In this document: piece after piece, positions 34,438 through 53,199 of the stretch | How positions within the stretch are numbered: the stretch's first letter is position 1 | Layout of the letters: each line of letters begins with the position of its first letter | Assembly: GCA_964036045.1 (NCBI GenBank) | Contig: OZ038378.1 | Coordinates: 173,662,001 to 173,726,000 of the forward strand | Length of the DNA stretch: 64,000 nucleotides | DNA from: Eutreptiella sp. 'Long Island Sound 2002' | Lineage: Eukaryota; Protista; Euglenida | Direction: 5' to 3' | The notes under the pieces: generated by a model | The model's input: the letters and a program-made list of their open reading frames with translations, nothing else | What the model was told of the DNA's origin: nothing | The model's database searches: none | Program-made: the position numbers and the translations under genes

Positions 34438-36730
34438 TGGAAAAAAGGGAGAAAAGCTTTGCGGCAACACGAGTTGCGAGCGGTGGGAGCGACCAGGCGA
34501 TCGCACCGCCCACAATTTCAGGGTGGAATCCTGCCCCCTGCGGAGCCTGGGTCCTAACCTAGCCGCAGGCATCAATCGTGCAGCAATCTGTGCTGCCGAT
34601 CGGCCACACGAAGCGCCACTGTGAAGAGCGCAGATTTTGCGCCATCATTTGGCAAATCGCAATCTTAGCGCATCGCTGAAGGTCTTACCTTCTGGCGGCT
34701 CTAAATCAGGCAATCTGGCACCAAATCCCAAAATTTTTATATAGGCCAGTAGCCTGGGTCTCAATCTGGAGATCTATCAAAAAAAATCCAAAAAAGACCA
34801 CAAAATCCAAGAGAAATCCTTGCGACTGTGAAGGAAGGGCGCTTTTGCGCCGGCATTTGGCAAATCACCCTAGTTCAGGTCGTCGCACGGCACACCAATT
34901 GCAAATCATTAAATGGACGGGCGCGGAATATTGTGAGTGTCGCGCTTTCCCCGGCCCACCGGCGAAACAGCGACAACGTTTTAGCTGGTCCACAGTATTG
35001 ACCAGCTTCCCGGTGCGAAGCTGGCCTCGCTCCCCTTGTTTCCACCATCATGATGCTGGCGTCGATAGAGCGTGTGGGGTCGTGTCAAGGTGTGACTACC
35101 TTTAAACGGCGTGAACGGCCTGTTTGGCGCCGGGGGGCGGTGGATGGGATGCCGAAGTGCTGTGCCATCAAATCCAGCCCTTCTTGGTTGGCTGACAGTG
35201 GGAAAGTATGTTGGCTAATGATGTGTGTTCTTTCATGCGATTGCACGTCGGCGTGCGCTCAGAAAAAGGTTTTTGTAGTCGCGCGAAGAACGCATTGATG
35301 TTTCCTTGCATTTTGCGGGTATTTTTTCCATATCTCACAAGGGTGCGCGTGTTCATATGACGGCTACGCCGCGTGGCATGAACTATTATCAACCTATTCA
35401 TTTGTGATCCGATGGCACGCAAACCGTGTGAACCTCATTTTTCATTCTTGTTGCACTCAAATTATTTGTGGCATTTCTCTTGTGTCCTGCCCGCTCGTGT
35501 CTATTGCCGCTTGTGGAGTACTTTGGATCGAATGGGTTTGAGAACCATGTTTCCTTGCATGGATTGACACACGGGTTGTGTTGAACAAAATTTTTTGGTC
35601 ACACGCGATGCTCATGTTGCTTCTTCATGATGGTTCCATGTGAGTTTGGCATTATCATGTGCTACCACAATGGGAACATTGTGATTTCACAATGCCATCA
35701 CAGTGCCATCACAAGGCCTGGTTTCGACAACCATTTCTCAGTCCCACGCGAGTCCCTATGTCGCACCACACAATCGTAATGGACCTATTTTCCATGGTAG
35801 GATGCACCGTGTCGTTCCGCAAAGGAAGACCTTTCTCGAACTGTATTACAGTGCACATCATTATGAAAATCGTGGAATTGATCATCACCCCCACTATGTT
35901 AGGGATCAATTGTTTATTGTGGATTTTGATGCGTCATGAAGCTTATGAAACTTGAGCTGAACAATTGTTTTTCATATCTCTTACGGGTTTGGGTGTTGTC
36001 AACTTGTTGTCAAGCTGCTGTCATGTCCATTATGCACATTTGAAATGAATGAATGACGCAAACATCTTTGTGCAATACCAAAAGAGTCCGGTGTGTGCGG
36101 ATCTTCGGATCTTCTCCCACGAGCGATGGTTACGGAGCCTCCCACCCAATCCGGACTTTGAAACTCAAGTGATCGGATGTAAAAACATGCCCATATTTGG
36201 CAGGTTCCATGTCTTTGAGCTGTTGAGCCTTGCTCGCTTGCTTTGCATTGTGTTGCACTTAAGAGTTTGGCTTCCTTTAGAGTCAAGACCACATGAAGGG
36301 TGAAGGTTCCATTTCCCATGCCGACGGAGGTGAGGAGCCGTAAGGGGAACGTGTTCCCCTCCCGTGCGCACTTGAGGAATTACTTCCATGCGCAAAGTAG
36401 ATTTGTGAAAATCAAGTTTGTCGAAAATTTCGTGTTTTCGTAAAACATTTTGAGAGAGATTAGCCCATTTCATTTGTGTCACAATTTTCACATGGAAAAA
36501 GGATTTAGCTATGCATTTGATTTTGTCCTACTAGTGACATAGAAGATTGTGTCGCACCATAGTGTGTGCCGTGGTGTGGGGATTTTCTAACGAACGGGGA
36601 GCTGTGGGGGGCATTAAGGGGCTTGTGCGGTACCCAACCCGGGGGAGGGGAGGGGGGGGGCGTAGGCTTGATGCCATAGCCTCAGGTTTTGATTATGGCG
36701 TAAGTGCTTAGCTTTGTGTTGACAAAAAAA

Positions 36731-37919
36731 CTTGCACAGCCCTCATTCGGACCGGCTCGCACAGGTGCGAACGCCGGCCCTCACTCGGACGGTGCAAGTT
36801 TCTTTTGTCTTTTGTCTTTTGTTTTTTAAGTGGAGTGGTCGGGTGAAGCTATGGTACCCGGCGCCTTGGGTTGGCAACACCAATGTGCCACACTCTGCTG
36901 AGCGTAAGGGGGAGCTTGCTTGTGTTTCGCGATTCCTGACATATGTTATGGCCTCGTCCCGCATGGGTGACCATGGGAGGACCCATAAAGGGCAGGCGAA
37001 TGAGATATGTGCCCGTGGGGTGCGGATTTTTTGCCGCTGCATGCGACCCCCAAAGTCGTGATGTTAGCGGGTTGGGCTTTGTCACGGTGGCATCACGAAC
37101 GGGCTCCCAACCTCTCGCTATACTCTTGGTTGTAAGTAGAGTGCACATAGTGCCGTAAACTAAATTGCGAGATCTGGACGCACAGTCAGTGGCCCCAGTA
37201 GCTCCGATGTGTGGTGTGTTTCCGACGTGGTGTATTATATTTGGGTTCCGACAAGAAGAACCCCACTTCAGGAGCTCCAAGATACCCGTCAGCTCTCTCT
37301 GAGAGCCGGTTGTGAGGTTTCTTGCTTGGTTTGGAATGATGTTATTTGTACGCTAAGAACATGTTCCCTACAGGACAAACACCGTGTGTTCATGCTGTTT
37401 CCTGGGAAAGTCTTAGTGGCAAACTAATTTTGTTCATTTCTTGAATTTCATGAATTTTCCGACCCCCGCCCTTGTGGTGGGGGTCTTGCACAGCCCTCAT
37501 TCGGACCGGCTCGCACAGGTGCGAACGCCGGCCCTCACTCGGACGGTGCAAGTTTCTTTTGTCTTTTGTCTTTTGTTTTTTAAGTGGAGTGGTCGGGTGA
37601 AGCTATGGTACCCGGCGCCTTGGGTTGGCAACACCAATGTGCCACACTCTGCTGAGCGTAAGGGGGAGCTTGCTTGTGTTTCGCGATTCCTGACATATGT
37701 TATGGCCTCGTCCCGCATGGGTGACCATGGGAGGACCCATAAAGGGCAGGCGAATGAGATATGTGCCCGTGGGGTGCGGATTTTTTGCCGCTGCATGCGA
37801 CCCCCAAAGTCGTGATGTTAGCGGGTTGGGCTTTGTCACGGTGGCATCACGAACGGGCTCCCAACCTCTCGCTATACTCTTGGTTGAAAGTAGAGTGCAC
37901 ATAGTGCCGTAAACTAAAT
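36731..37919. repeat. Pair of 435-bp direct repeats (36731-37165 and 37485-37919) separated by 319 bp; LTR/TRIM-like or recent tandem duplication
   Basis: Line-by-line comparison shows one substitution (TTGTAAG vs TTGAAAG). The offset of 754 matches the duplicated ORFs in the track. Confidence 0.93.
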
Positions 37920-39034
37920 AAAGAAACATCCCTCGCCCGCCTTCGTCCATAGCACCTAGATAAGCGCAATTTAACGGATTAGCACAGCTGTCTTCGGAAG
38001 CAAGTCATGGATGGGGCTTTTTGGTTGTGTGGGGTACCAATCACCATGACAACTAGTCACATCCGTCCCATCGCCCAAGATGATGGTTTGAGCCGGCCAC
38101 TAATGTGGCCAATGATGCCAACCTCTATGCGTTTTGCTTGCATTTCTTACAGGTGCGCATGTGCGGCGCGTTTGCCAAAACCGCTTGGGCGCATTTGGTC
38201 ATGCGATTGTCTTCATCCGTGAGAATCGTAATAGTTTTGATGAGTTGAGGATACGCCAAAGAACCGCAGCAAGATGGGATGGAGATAAAAGGAATAGTTT
38301 GCTTCCGTGAGAACTCGAAAATTGTCGAAGGAGTATGCAACAAATGATGAGGGAATGGGGAAAGCGTAGAAGAGATTGCAACACCATTTTTGTAGCTTTT
38401 TCCGCTACTCTGAGCCATCACCAAAGCATGTGCCTTGTTGCTTTGTAATTGTGAACCCGTGTACGCCAATAAGGCTCGAGAATTGTCAAGACAGTTGACT
38501 CGGCTCACTCAGTGTGCGCGCGGGTTGCACTTTTGAGTAATGACCTCGTCATGGAAGATGTTGATTGATAGGCGAGCCCGTGGTGACTATTTTCGTGACA
38601 TCGCACGGGCCCACGGGCCACGCAACATCACCCATGTCGTCAGGGTCTGTGGTGTTTGGTCCGAATTCTCCGGAAAACTGTATTCATTGTGTGTAGATGG
38701 AATGTTGGGTAAAATTCCGCGTGAACGAATTTGTTCGACGGAGGGGGGGTGAAATCTCTCATGGAAACAAACCACACGTGGCTCAATCGAAAGCACATCG
38801 TTCTTCGGTGCACCTTTATTTTTTTTCCACTTCGCACGTCCCGAATCTGAAAGGGAAATTTGGGTCCCAATGTCCAACGTGCTGGAATGTCCAACGTGCT
38901 GGGATTGAGTTCTGTATCTACCACCCCCCCTTGCAAGAGATGACCGGCCGCGAGACGCGAGACGGGTGGGCGGAAACAAAGAAATTTGAAAATTTGCGTC
39001 CTTTCCCCATCAAAGGGAAAGCCACTGTCCGACA

Positions 39035-39049
39035 TGCATTTTTTCGCAG
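39035..39049 (+). promoter_or_regulatory. Putative trans-splice (spliced-leader) acceptor
   Basis: CATTTTTTCGCAG ends 4 nt before the saposin-like ATG; no upstream coding exon is needed because the ORF starts with a signal peptide. Confidence 0.45.
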
Positions 39050-39053
39050 GGGC

Positions 39054-40016
39054 ATGCATCGCGTTTTGGTGGTCTTCTTGTGGCTTTTCGCCATCCCTGG
39101 GGATGCGAACTTGTATTGTGACTCATGCGTTGCTGTGGTGCAAAAGATCAAGGCGTTGGGTTGCACCGGGTCGGCGCAAACCATTTGCCATGTTCCAGAA
39201 CTTGCCCCGTACGCGAGCATGTGCCAATGGATTGTGACATATTTCTGCACAAGGTTTGCATGCATGCGTGTATGTGTGTTTGTGCGCGTGCGCGCACGGA
39301 GGTAGCGTACCATCATTATGCTTGAGAAACATAACGTGCGCTAATGGAAGCATGCGAGGGGGGGGGGGGGGTTCTGCAGCTGCGTTTTCCAAGGTCAATT
39401 ATAGGCGTCATCTACGAGAGGCACATTTTCCCTACGGTCTTTGCAGGAAGGCGCCCAACGGATATAATCCGAGAAGAAATCACAAAAACGCCAGTCAACC
39501 GAAAAAATGATGCGGTTGGTGTGTCAGTTGGTGCACCCACTAGACGTACATCAGGGGCCGTGTTGCATACCTGTTTCATGTGCCCGGCCTGTTGATTGTT
39601 GAGGGTTTTTGAGGTTTTTTTTTCGGGTTGTTCACGTTGGCCAGTCCCACTTTCAATGTGGTCAGCGGCCAAAGCCACTGATGCCAACCCCACGCCCCTC
39701 TCACACCTACAGCATCGAGGATTGGCTCAAGACTACGGGCAACGCGACACAAGTGTGCGAGCAAATGGGCACATGCAGCAGCCCATGCCAGTGCGGCCTT
39801 TGCACCGTGGCCATTGCCAACAAAACCTCTGGCCGATGCCTCGGGTTCCCATACGACTGCGGCCACAGGGGCCTCTGGCGGCCGGACCTGACCGTGCTGG
39901 GGCCACAGCGGGTGCTTGGCCAGCCAGGGCGTGAAATTGTGAATCCCCTTGGGTACTGCCCGGCAGGGAGATGCGGTGATGCCAACTCCACAGGCTGCTG
40001 CCTCACCTGCCTGTGA
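39054..40016 (+). CDS. Secreted saposin-like (SAPLIP) protein with Cys-rich C-terminal extension, about 167 aa; exons 39054-39253 and 39713-40016
   Basis: Signal peptide MHRVLVVFLWLFAIPGDA, then CDSC...C...C...C...C. Donor AG|GTTTGC and acceptor TACAG|C join in frame to ...IEDWLKTTGNATQVCEQMGTC (saposin-B end motif vC..lg.C), followed by ~75 aa with 10 more Cys ending GCCLTCL*. Confidence 0.75.
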
Positions 40017-43000
40017 GACTGCTGAATGCCATCAAGAGCCGGGGGCCGGGATCAGCTGGGGGTCCTTCTGAAAAAGGCTACTTCGGTTTGCGTCCACTGC
40101 GTTTAGTGCCTCTTTTTGCTGATGGCGCTTGGCAAAGAATTGACAGCCCTTGCAGTTTCTGACGGCGCTTGATCCGCTAATGAACCGACACCGTTGGCGG
40201 TCAAGTGACGGCAGCGGTTGTAATGGTGAGCCCACTTCGGTTCCCCAAACAGAATTCCCAGCTGGGGTTGACTGCAGGCGGCACATCTCTTTCTTTGTGC
40301 TTTCTTGCTACAGATCCCCTTTGAACGACCGCTCAGGTGGGCACTTGACAGATGGCTGGTGGGGCAGTTGTGCTGGTTGATTGACTGCAGAGTGGCATTG
40401 TTTTTTGGCACTACAGATCGCTGTGCCTGGATCTGGCCGCCTGTACTATACATATATCTATGTATATACTTATATGCATTATTTCTGAGGCTCTCTCATT
40501 CTTGTACAGTAGAAATCACGATAAGCTGAATTCCTTTGTTTTACAATGAGGATACCCCCATTCTACTCGGACGCTGCAATGAATCAATCCGTGCAGTGCC
40601 AAATACCATGTTCTGCATTACCCCACCACATGACATTTTGCGCAGTGGAAATGCATCGCTCTGTGCGCTATCGCTGGTTCAATGTGTGGAAGCCCAGAGA
40701 CGTCACAGTTTGCACTGTGTTTGCCGCTCAAATGCCTTTGTGAGCAGTCCACTTGCTCGCGTTTGCTCCTGTCTTTCCTGAACAACTTGTGTTGAGTGCC
40801 AAAGTCGAGGCATACCACACACTGAATGCCATTTGAATCCACAGAAGGGGTGTGCCACGATGGGGATTAATGGCAGACTTCTGTCCGGCCCTGTGGGGGT
40901 GCACTGTGCGTTGTGCTCACGCTTTGCGAAAAGCACCCCCCCCCCCCCCGGAAGCGCTGCCTTGTCTCAGCACCGGGACCCGGTGTGACCGTCGTTTTTC
41001 TGACCACAGTTTTTTCGGTCAGAAGCTCAGCGGAACGTGATTGTGCGCCGATCGTAGAGGGAAACAGGGGCTGTGTCATGTTTGGGATGAGTCCTCCTGC
41101 TCATAACAATAACAACTGCAAACCACTGCTGTTTGTTTTGATGTGATTTTCAGCCATGACTAATGTTATTACTCCTCGCTTGGCTGTCACGTACATCCGG
41201 TCCACCGCTGAGCACGCGCCACCGGTGAGCACGTGCCTGCCACTTTCATCGGTCGTTCTACTCGTGGGGATGATTTCATTCATCTCAAATACATGAGGAA
41301 TGGGCATGAGATTGCTTGTCCAAGCACCAGGACCCGGTGTGACCGTCGTCTTCCTGACTTTCCTGGTGCTTGCGCAAGGGGGGGGGGGGGTAGGCTATTT
41401 TGGACCCATTTTCCCCGATGGCCAAGGTGACCGCAGGAACTACTGTGTTCCCATGCACAGGACTACTCAGATTTCTACTCACTTTCCCACTAAAAATGCC
41501 AGATTGCTGTCTAAACTGTCTAAATCTGCTGTTTTTACCCTTTGGACACATGCTTCCCCGGTGGTGGGTTGTTTCAAGATGGTCAGGGGAAAGCTAACTC
41601 AATATTGGGCGCTGTGCAGAAACGCCCCTGTGTCCAGAATGGTGTGGCAGCGGTCAGCAGACGACCCACAGCAGTCAATGGAGTGCAGCAGCCACTGGTT
41701 AACCACTCATATCCCTTTGTTTGACCACCAGCATTCATCGGTAACCCACCAAACTCCAACAGATTAGAGGGGAGGGGGCTCGAAACGGGGTTCAAGCGCT
41801 GGGCCGTCAAACATGGTCTGCTCAAGAGTTATGTGGGGTCCAATCAAGAGTGGGAAGTGCTGAGAGTTGAAAATGCTGAGGATTGGGGCATACACAGTTG
41901 GGTACAACCCAAGAGGTAGGGGTGGTGCTCAAAACAGCAGGGCAAGCCCTGGGTGGTAAACGAACTCCCTGTATTGATCTAGAATGTTTCAAATAAGGAG
42001 TTCAGAGCAAACCGCCAGGGCTGCAACTCCACACTCCTGTTGTGTCTGGAGGAAGGGTGGCGGGGGCTGTTGCACGCCAACTGTGGATCAGGATTGTTAT
42101 GCCCTACTGAATCGGTGTCCCCAAAGCGCAAAGGAATGACAGGGCTGCATAACCCATGCTACATTTGGGTCGCCAAAGTGGGAAGGACTCACATGGGGAG
42201 GCTACACAACCGCTGTCCTATTGGGGCCCCAGGGAGGTATTGGATGGCACTTGGGATAGTGCTGGTTGGGGCTGCGTGGGCCTAAAAATATGCTTGGTTC
42301 TTGGTCCCCATGCCCAAGGACCAAAAAACAGTGTCTGCAGGTTTGGCACATCTGCAGTTGGTCCACAGCCCCCACTATTGCCATGGAGACCATTGTGTGA
42401 TCCGTCGCTGATGGCGGTCGTAAAAAGACGCAAGAGTTTTCTTTTCCCTCTTAAAAAGCACCCCATCAATGCTGCTCGCTCAACGCGGGTCATGCTATTT
42501 GAAAAATTGGAAAAGGTCGCGATCCAATGACCTCTAGAGCATGTGCAGCACGCTAGCGGGTGTGTGCCAGGCGTGTGCCCAGTGCACTAATGTACCCTCC
42601 AGAGCCCCGAGCCCAATGGCCCAATCAATCTACCGTGGTAGAAGGGTATTCAGGGTGCGTTCAAAGGTGATCAAGTGGGCCACAACCGTCTACAAGACAA
42701 GGGATGAACTGTGCAACTAGTGCAACTAGTGCAACTAGTGCAACTGCAGCTGCGAGCTGTGCAACTTGGTTGAGTACGGCTCACAAACTCAGTGAAAGAC
42801 ATCATAATGCCATTCGACCTGACAGATGGAGAGACAAGGGACCTGTGAGCATGGAGCCCGAAGGAAGGGCCAGGGGGAGGTGCCGAAACCCCATGCATTT
42901 TGGAACTGTAGTGAGTTGGTGCTGGGCCAGAGGACTGATGATTGCACGGTAATGTGTTTTGTGGCTGCTCGGGGGGGGGGGGGGGGTCAACGCACTCAGG

Positions 43001-43073
43001 CTGATACCCTCTGTGCCATGCGTTCTCACCCTGTATTCCGCCCGTGGACGCGCGCTTCCAGAGAGACTCTGCT

Positions 43074-48093
<5,020 letters not shown>

Positions 48094-51000
48094 TTGGGAA
48101 GCGCTAGGCTGCCCTGCTTCACGTGCGGCGCGATGCAGGAAAAGGCCGTTCTGGTCCCAAAAAAATTTCGCACGCCGCGCCGCTCGCACAGACTCCGGAC
48201 CGGGTGCTGGCTGGCCCGGACCGATTTCGGCGCCGCACCGAAACACGCTCGACCTGGGGACTGGTATCGCTTTGGGCAGCAGTCCCTCAGCAGGAAATGA
48301 ATCATTGCGCCGAGCGGAGTGCGAGGAAATAGGACATGCAGGAGGCAGGGACTTGTTTTACTTTGTGGCAGCGACGGGGCAGATCGGTGTCCCCCCTTGC
48401 CCCTTTCCCCCTCCCCTCCGGCAATTGTGCAGAGGAGAAAACTGCTCTTCTATGACAGGGGAAGTGGGGTTTGCGACCTCAAAGGCGGGGTCGATAGAGC
48501 TCCCGCAAACTGGTGGGGGGCTCAGTTGACAGGGACCATTATTTGCATTGGTGCCGAGGGCGCCGGAAGGAAACTCTTGTCGACGTTGGCCATGATGCGA
48601 GCATATGCATCACATGTTGCAAAGATGGCAGAATGCAGCCATAAAAACCCTCAAAAGAGTTATAAAACCTTACTGGCCCAACCCGAAGGTTACCCTATCC
48701 CATGGCAAGGGACAGGACAACCATTTGTATTGCGTGACCAACAACCTGGTGGATTTAGTAAGGTTTTACAACCCTCTTTCGGGTTTAGGGTGGAGCTACC
48801 CCTTTTAGCAGCAGCAGCACACTGCGCAGTCCACACTCTCCAGCACAGGCTCTATCGACCCTTCCTCCGCCCCCATCGAAAACAGCCCTCTCCAGACTAT
48901 TTTGGGCACAGCAAGATTTGCCCCCCCCCCCCCTTGCCGCCCCTGCTGAGGCACCGCCCTGAGCATTGGGAGAACGTAAGGGGTTACAGGGTTCAGCAGG
49001 GAGGCAGCATATGTGTGCATCCTTGGGCACCACCCATACACCCATTTCCCCGCAACCCCTTCTACGGGGGTAAACGTTGGTTATGGGAAGGAGGCAGTCA
49101 AGCGGCAGCATGACCACCAAAAAAAGTTCGCGATGCGGCGAACGCCCAGAAGGGTAGCAGCCAGTGACCAGCAAGACAAGGCAGCACAACATCGTATGAC
49201 AACTGTGCCATGGTGAGGAGCACACCTGTTGTGTGATTAGCATAGGGATTGCCCTGTATTCCATCATTGTCCCCCTGCAAGCCATTTGGTGTTTGCAAAG
49301 AAAATGCTTTTGCCCAGGCACTAGCAACGCACAGCACTCTGACTATTGCCGGAACATGCACAGATATGGTATGATCCCTGAACAATTAAGGGCCAAGACG
49401 CACTGTTGGAGGATCGGTGAGGGAAAGGAGCGGTGGAAACCATGTCCTCTTAGACCAAGATTCTGTCCGAGCCCTACACTTTCATGATCAGCCCACCACC
49501 ATGTACCAATCTGGTCGCTACAAATATGACGGCACTGAAAGCACAATTCCGTCTCACATCACCTCCCCCCGAGCCCCCCCCCCCCTTTTCCCCGGGCGCA
49601 AATTCCATTTATGCCCCACCATCTCTCCACCCCCGCCAGAAACCCCTCCACTCCCAGTCGAAAACCGAGGTAAAGGGGGCAAAATGCCAGGCGCCAGCCC
49701 CCACAGTCATGCTGCCAGCGGGTGGGGCAATTCCAAGATGGGGACATTGTCACGGTGGCATCTGGCATCATTAGCGGGCTCCCCACCTCTCTCAATTTTT
49801 GAACCTGCCCCCTTCACCCCCAATCCCACGGGTGGACAACCAACCCACCAATCCATGTGTGGAGGATTCCCTACTCAATAGATGAACACGTATGTACACC
49901 CGGAAGTACCCACCGGCATACTCACTTAGCCTTTGTGGCACACCCCTGCACAATCTTGTGTCTCTGCTTTGGGTTGATGTGGTGCCCGGTACGGCATTTA
50001 ATTTGGGGCGCCGAAGCAGCCGACCCCAGTCCCAGAGGTCCGAGATCCACGACGGACTCGGAGTAGGACGCTGAGCAGTACACCGAGAGCACCAGGTGTT
50101 GCGGCGGAATTACTGGGAGCCTTTGCTGAAGAAACGCAAGAGAGCAAGAGAGTGGTCCCCTCCAGTCAAGCTGGGTTTGACAGAAGCCAGCAGTTTCTCC
50201 CCCCCTTACATTTAGAGATGGCGCTGGTCTACACCAACGACAAGCCCATTTGCTCGGGAATTATATATGCGTGCAGGGTCCATCGGCAGCTTTGTTTTCT
50301 GAGCCTGTTGCAATTTGACCTGGGGCAGGGCTAAGCATCGACGCATTCCACCTGTTTACTGCTGGAACCTTGGCCTTACCACAGTCTGCCTCCCTTCCCG
50401 GCCTTTGAAATTCATTGGCATGACTAACTGGCAGTAGGCAATTAGGCACTCGCTGCATCACCATGACCCTGTGACCCTACATGCCGTGCGCTTCTTGGAC
50501 CAGAGCCAGTGGGGCTTGTGGTGTGTGGATATGTGTCACCGACGCTGGTGGCACAGGCCTGAGACTGCACGTTTGGGGGGGTCGGGGGTGTACAACGAGG
50601 GATATACTGAGCAAAAGGAATGGGGTGAATGAGGTTTTTTCAGGGAAATGCGCTTCACTGGTGGGGTTTGGAGGACCTGGTCCCTCAATGGAAACAGGCA
50701 CGATTCCACGGCGCCCCTAGTATTGTGGTTTGACATAATTGTGTGTGGTGGTGACAGGAGGGTCATTTGTGCACCGACCCTAACAGGTACTCCGCCAAAA
50801 TGCACAGGCCCCAATGCACCCAGTCAGTACCTAACACTGACTGGGTACAGTGTGAGTGAGTGAGTGAGTGAGTGAGTGAGTGAATGAGTGGGAGTGGGAA
50901 TGAGAGTGGGTGTGTGGTCTATTTTGGCTGTAGCACCCTAGATTGGGCAGCCCCTGTATGTCACGAACAGGAACGCGGTAGGACAGCCCTCCACTCAACC

Positions 51001-51799
51001 TAGGACCTCTCAAAATAGCTCCTATGAAGCCACAAAGATTATTCAATGATTTTGATTCTGCGGTGTCTACGCTTTTATGTCTACAATCATCACACGGTGA
51101 GTCTTAACATGTTTCTCCCCTTTCGGGTCAATAGTGATCACGTCCTATGATTTGGAGCTGTTCAGCAACACTTCTAGTTCTGATGCAGCTAGTTCCACAA
51201 TTTCCACCGACAAGGATATAGTCTCTACTACATGAGGGGCGTAATACACGTTGTGCACCAAATATGCTTGCGTTGTGCGCAAAGTTTGTACTAGAACATA
51301 CCCAAGCTGGATAGTATTGCCTAGTACCCCTAACTATGACCCTTGTGCTGCATTTATCATGTGCTGCATTTATCAGAGTTGCATGTGTGTTTCCCCCTCA
51401 TTTCTAGTACATTTGTGTGTTGTTGTGCATGTCAAGTATGGTGTCAATGTTTGTATCACACCCACAGGTGGGGAAGCTAGCCGTTACATGTTCAATGTCA
51501 TGGGGTAGATTGTTTTGCGATCACCACCAATGCCATTGCATCTCCACACTTCTTTCACTTCAGGGAAGCACCTGACGCAGCACGCACGAGTAGAGATTCA
51601 GCCATTTGGCCCGACTAGGCACCCACTGTTACTGCCTCGGGGGCCCCTTGTCTAGGGATTTTGAGCCTACAACGTGCTAGTTTGTAGTTTGTTGCATTGC
51701 ATTGAACATCCGCGGTAGATTGGGCAAGACGAGGCACGTAAGAAAATGCCATTTGTTGCTCTTTGAAGATCCCGCCCTCGAAGCTCAGCCCCGGCACAA

Positions 51800-52310
51800 G
51801 GTAGCGGTTGGTGTGGGGCGAAACTTGTCGCCGGGCCATGATACCGCCGGACCCAGCACTTGTTTTAGTGGTGTACATCGCTTCGAAGATCCCATGGGTA
51901 CAACGGCTATTGTACCGAACAACCAAGGAGGTATGGTACGGTTTTGTACGTTGTTGTTGTGTTGTTGTGTGCAATCCCTTTGCGATGGGGGATAGTTGTT
52001 ATTCTATTGTTGTTAGACTGTACAGACAACGAACAATCCACACATGTTGTGTGGCTCCTTGGGTTGGGGGTACGGACCCGGTGTTTGGCCCCTTGGGTTG
52101 GGGATATGGACCTGCAATCCGTGCACCTTGACAAGACACTTCTACTATCACGTCTTGTACTTGATTCGGGTGGATGATGATGGAGATGATGGTGAGGTGT
52201 GTGCACTTTGTTGCATGAAGAAACCCTCTCTTTTTGAGTATAGTGACTATCATCTGCATTATTGCGGTGATTGTTTGAGCACCCACACATGTGGGGATGA
52301 ATTGCTGGCC
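51800..52310 (+). pseudogene. Highly decayed relative of the Harbinger-like transposase C-terminus at 62.4 kb
   Basis: DDDGDDGEVCALCCMKKPSLFEYSDYHLHYCGDCLSTHTCGDE (about 52170-52300) aligns by eye with DEEDVCALCCQKCSTITVCGECQEHYCDKCIDAHTCGEQ (about 62750-62860). The upstream boundary is uncertain. Confidence 0.55.
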
Positions 52311-53199
52311 CACACAGAGTCGAACGGCACCTATAATTCTTGCTTGTGTTGCTCAAGGGCCCACGCACATGGGGATGGATTGATGAAACCCAAGAGATGA
52401 ATTTGTTGAGGTGTTGTTTTGGTTGTGCAATGTTTGAGGGTAGGAGGGATGTTTGCACAAGTCTGGTACCCAAGGGAATTCTCTCCTTAGGGGGCATATT
52501 GGGGTGTGTGTGAAAGACCTCCCCTTTCAGGTAAACTCATAGGAAAAGTGGCGCGCAGCGCGCACGGCGCGGATGCTCCCCCTGAGTAAGGTTCTTACAA
52601 ACATGAAAAGGAGTGCAACAATGTGCAAGGCTATTATCGTGCTAGTGTTGAGTACATGTTTGCACATTTATGGCATTGGAAGGTCATTCGAGGCATTTGG
52701 ATGGGTTTGGCTTGTGACTTGCATGCCAATACATGCATCTTTTTGCATTTCACGCAATTTCGGATTGTTTCACATTGTGGGGGTATAGGATTGTCCACAG
52801 AGGCAAGAATGTTGCTAATTACCCTAAAATTCCCCAATTTCGCTCAGCAAATTGTGCGTTGTGCACATGCTGTGCTCAAAGACCTTCTTCGGAATGGTGC
52901 CGTGACTCAGGCAACTAATCAGCCACTACTGAGGAATGGGCCCAATATGGTACAAAAGGCAGCTACAGAGTAAGGGGTACAGCCGAATGAGTGCTAGCAT
53001 TGTTTCCCAGAGTACAATACAATATTGTACATGCAGCTCATCAATTTAGCAAGCACCACATGAGCTATGTTGTAGCATAGCACCACAAGGGGTGGTCTCG
53101 AGCCATGTTCGGGTTCGTGCATGTTCACTGTTTTAGCTTCAAGTCTTCAGGCCTAACTTGCAACGTGAACATGGCATGTCAGGCTTGCAAGTGAGGGGG

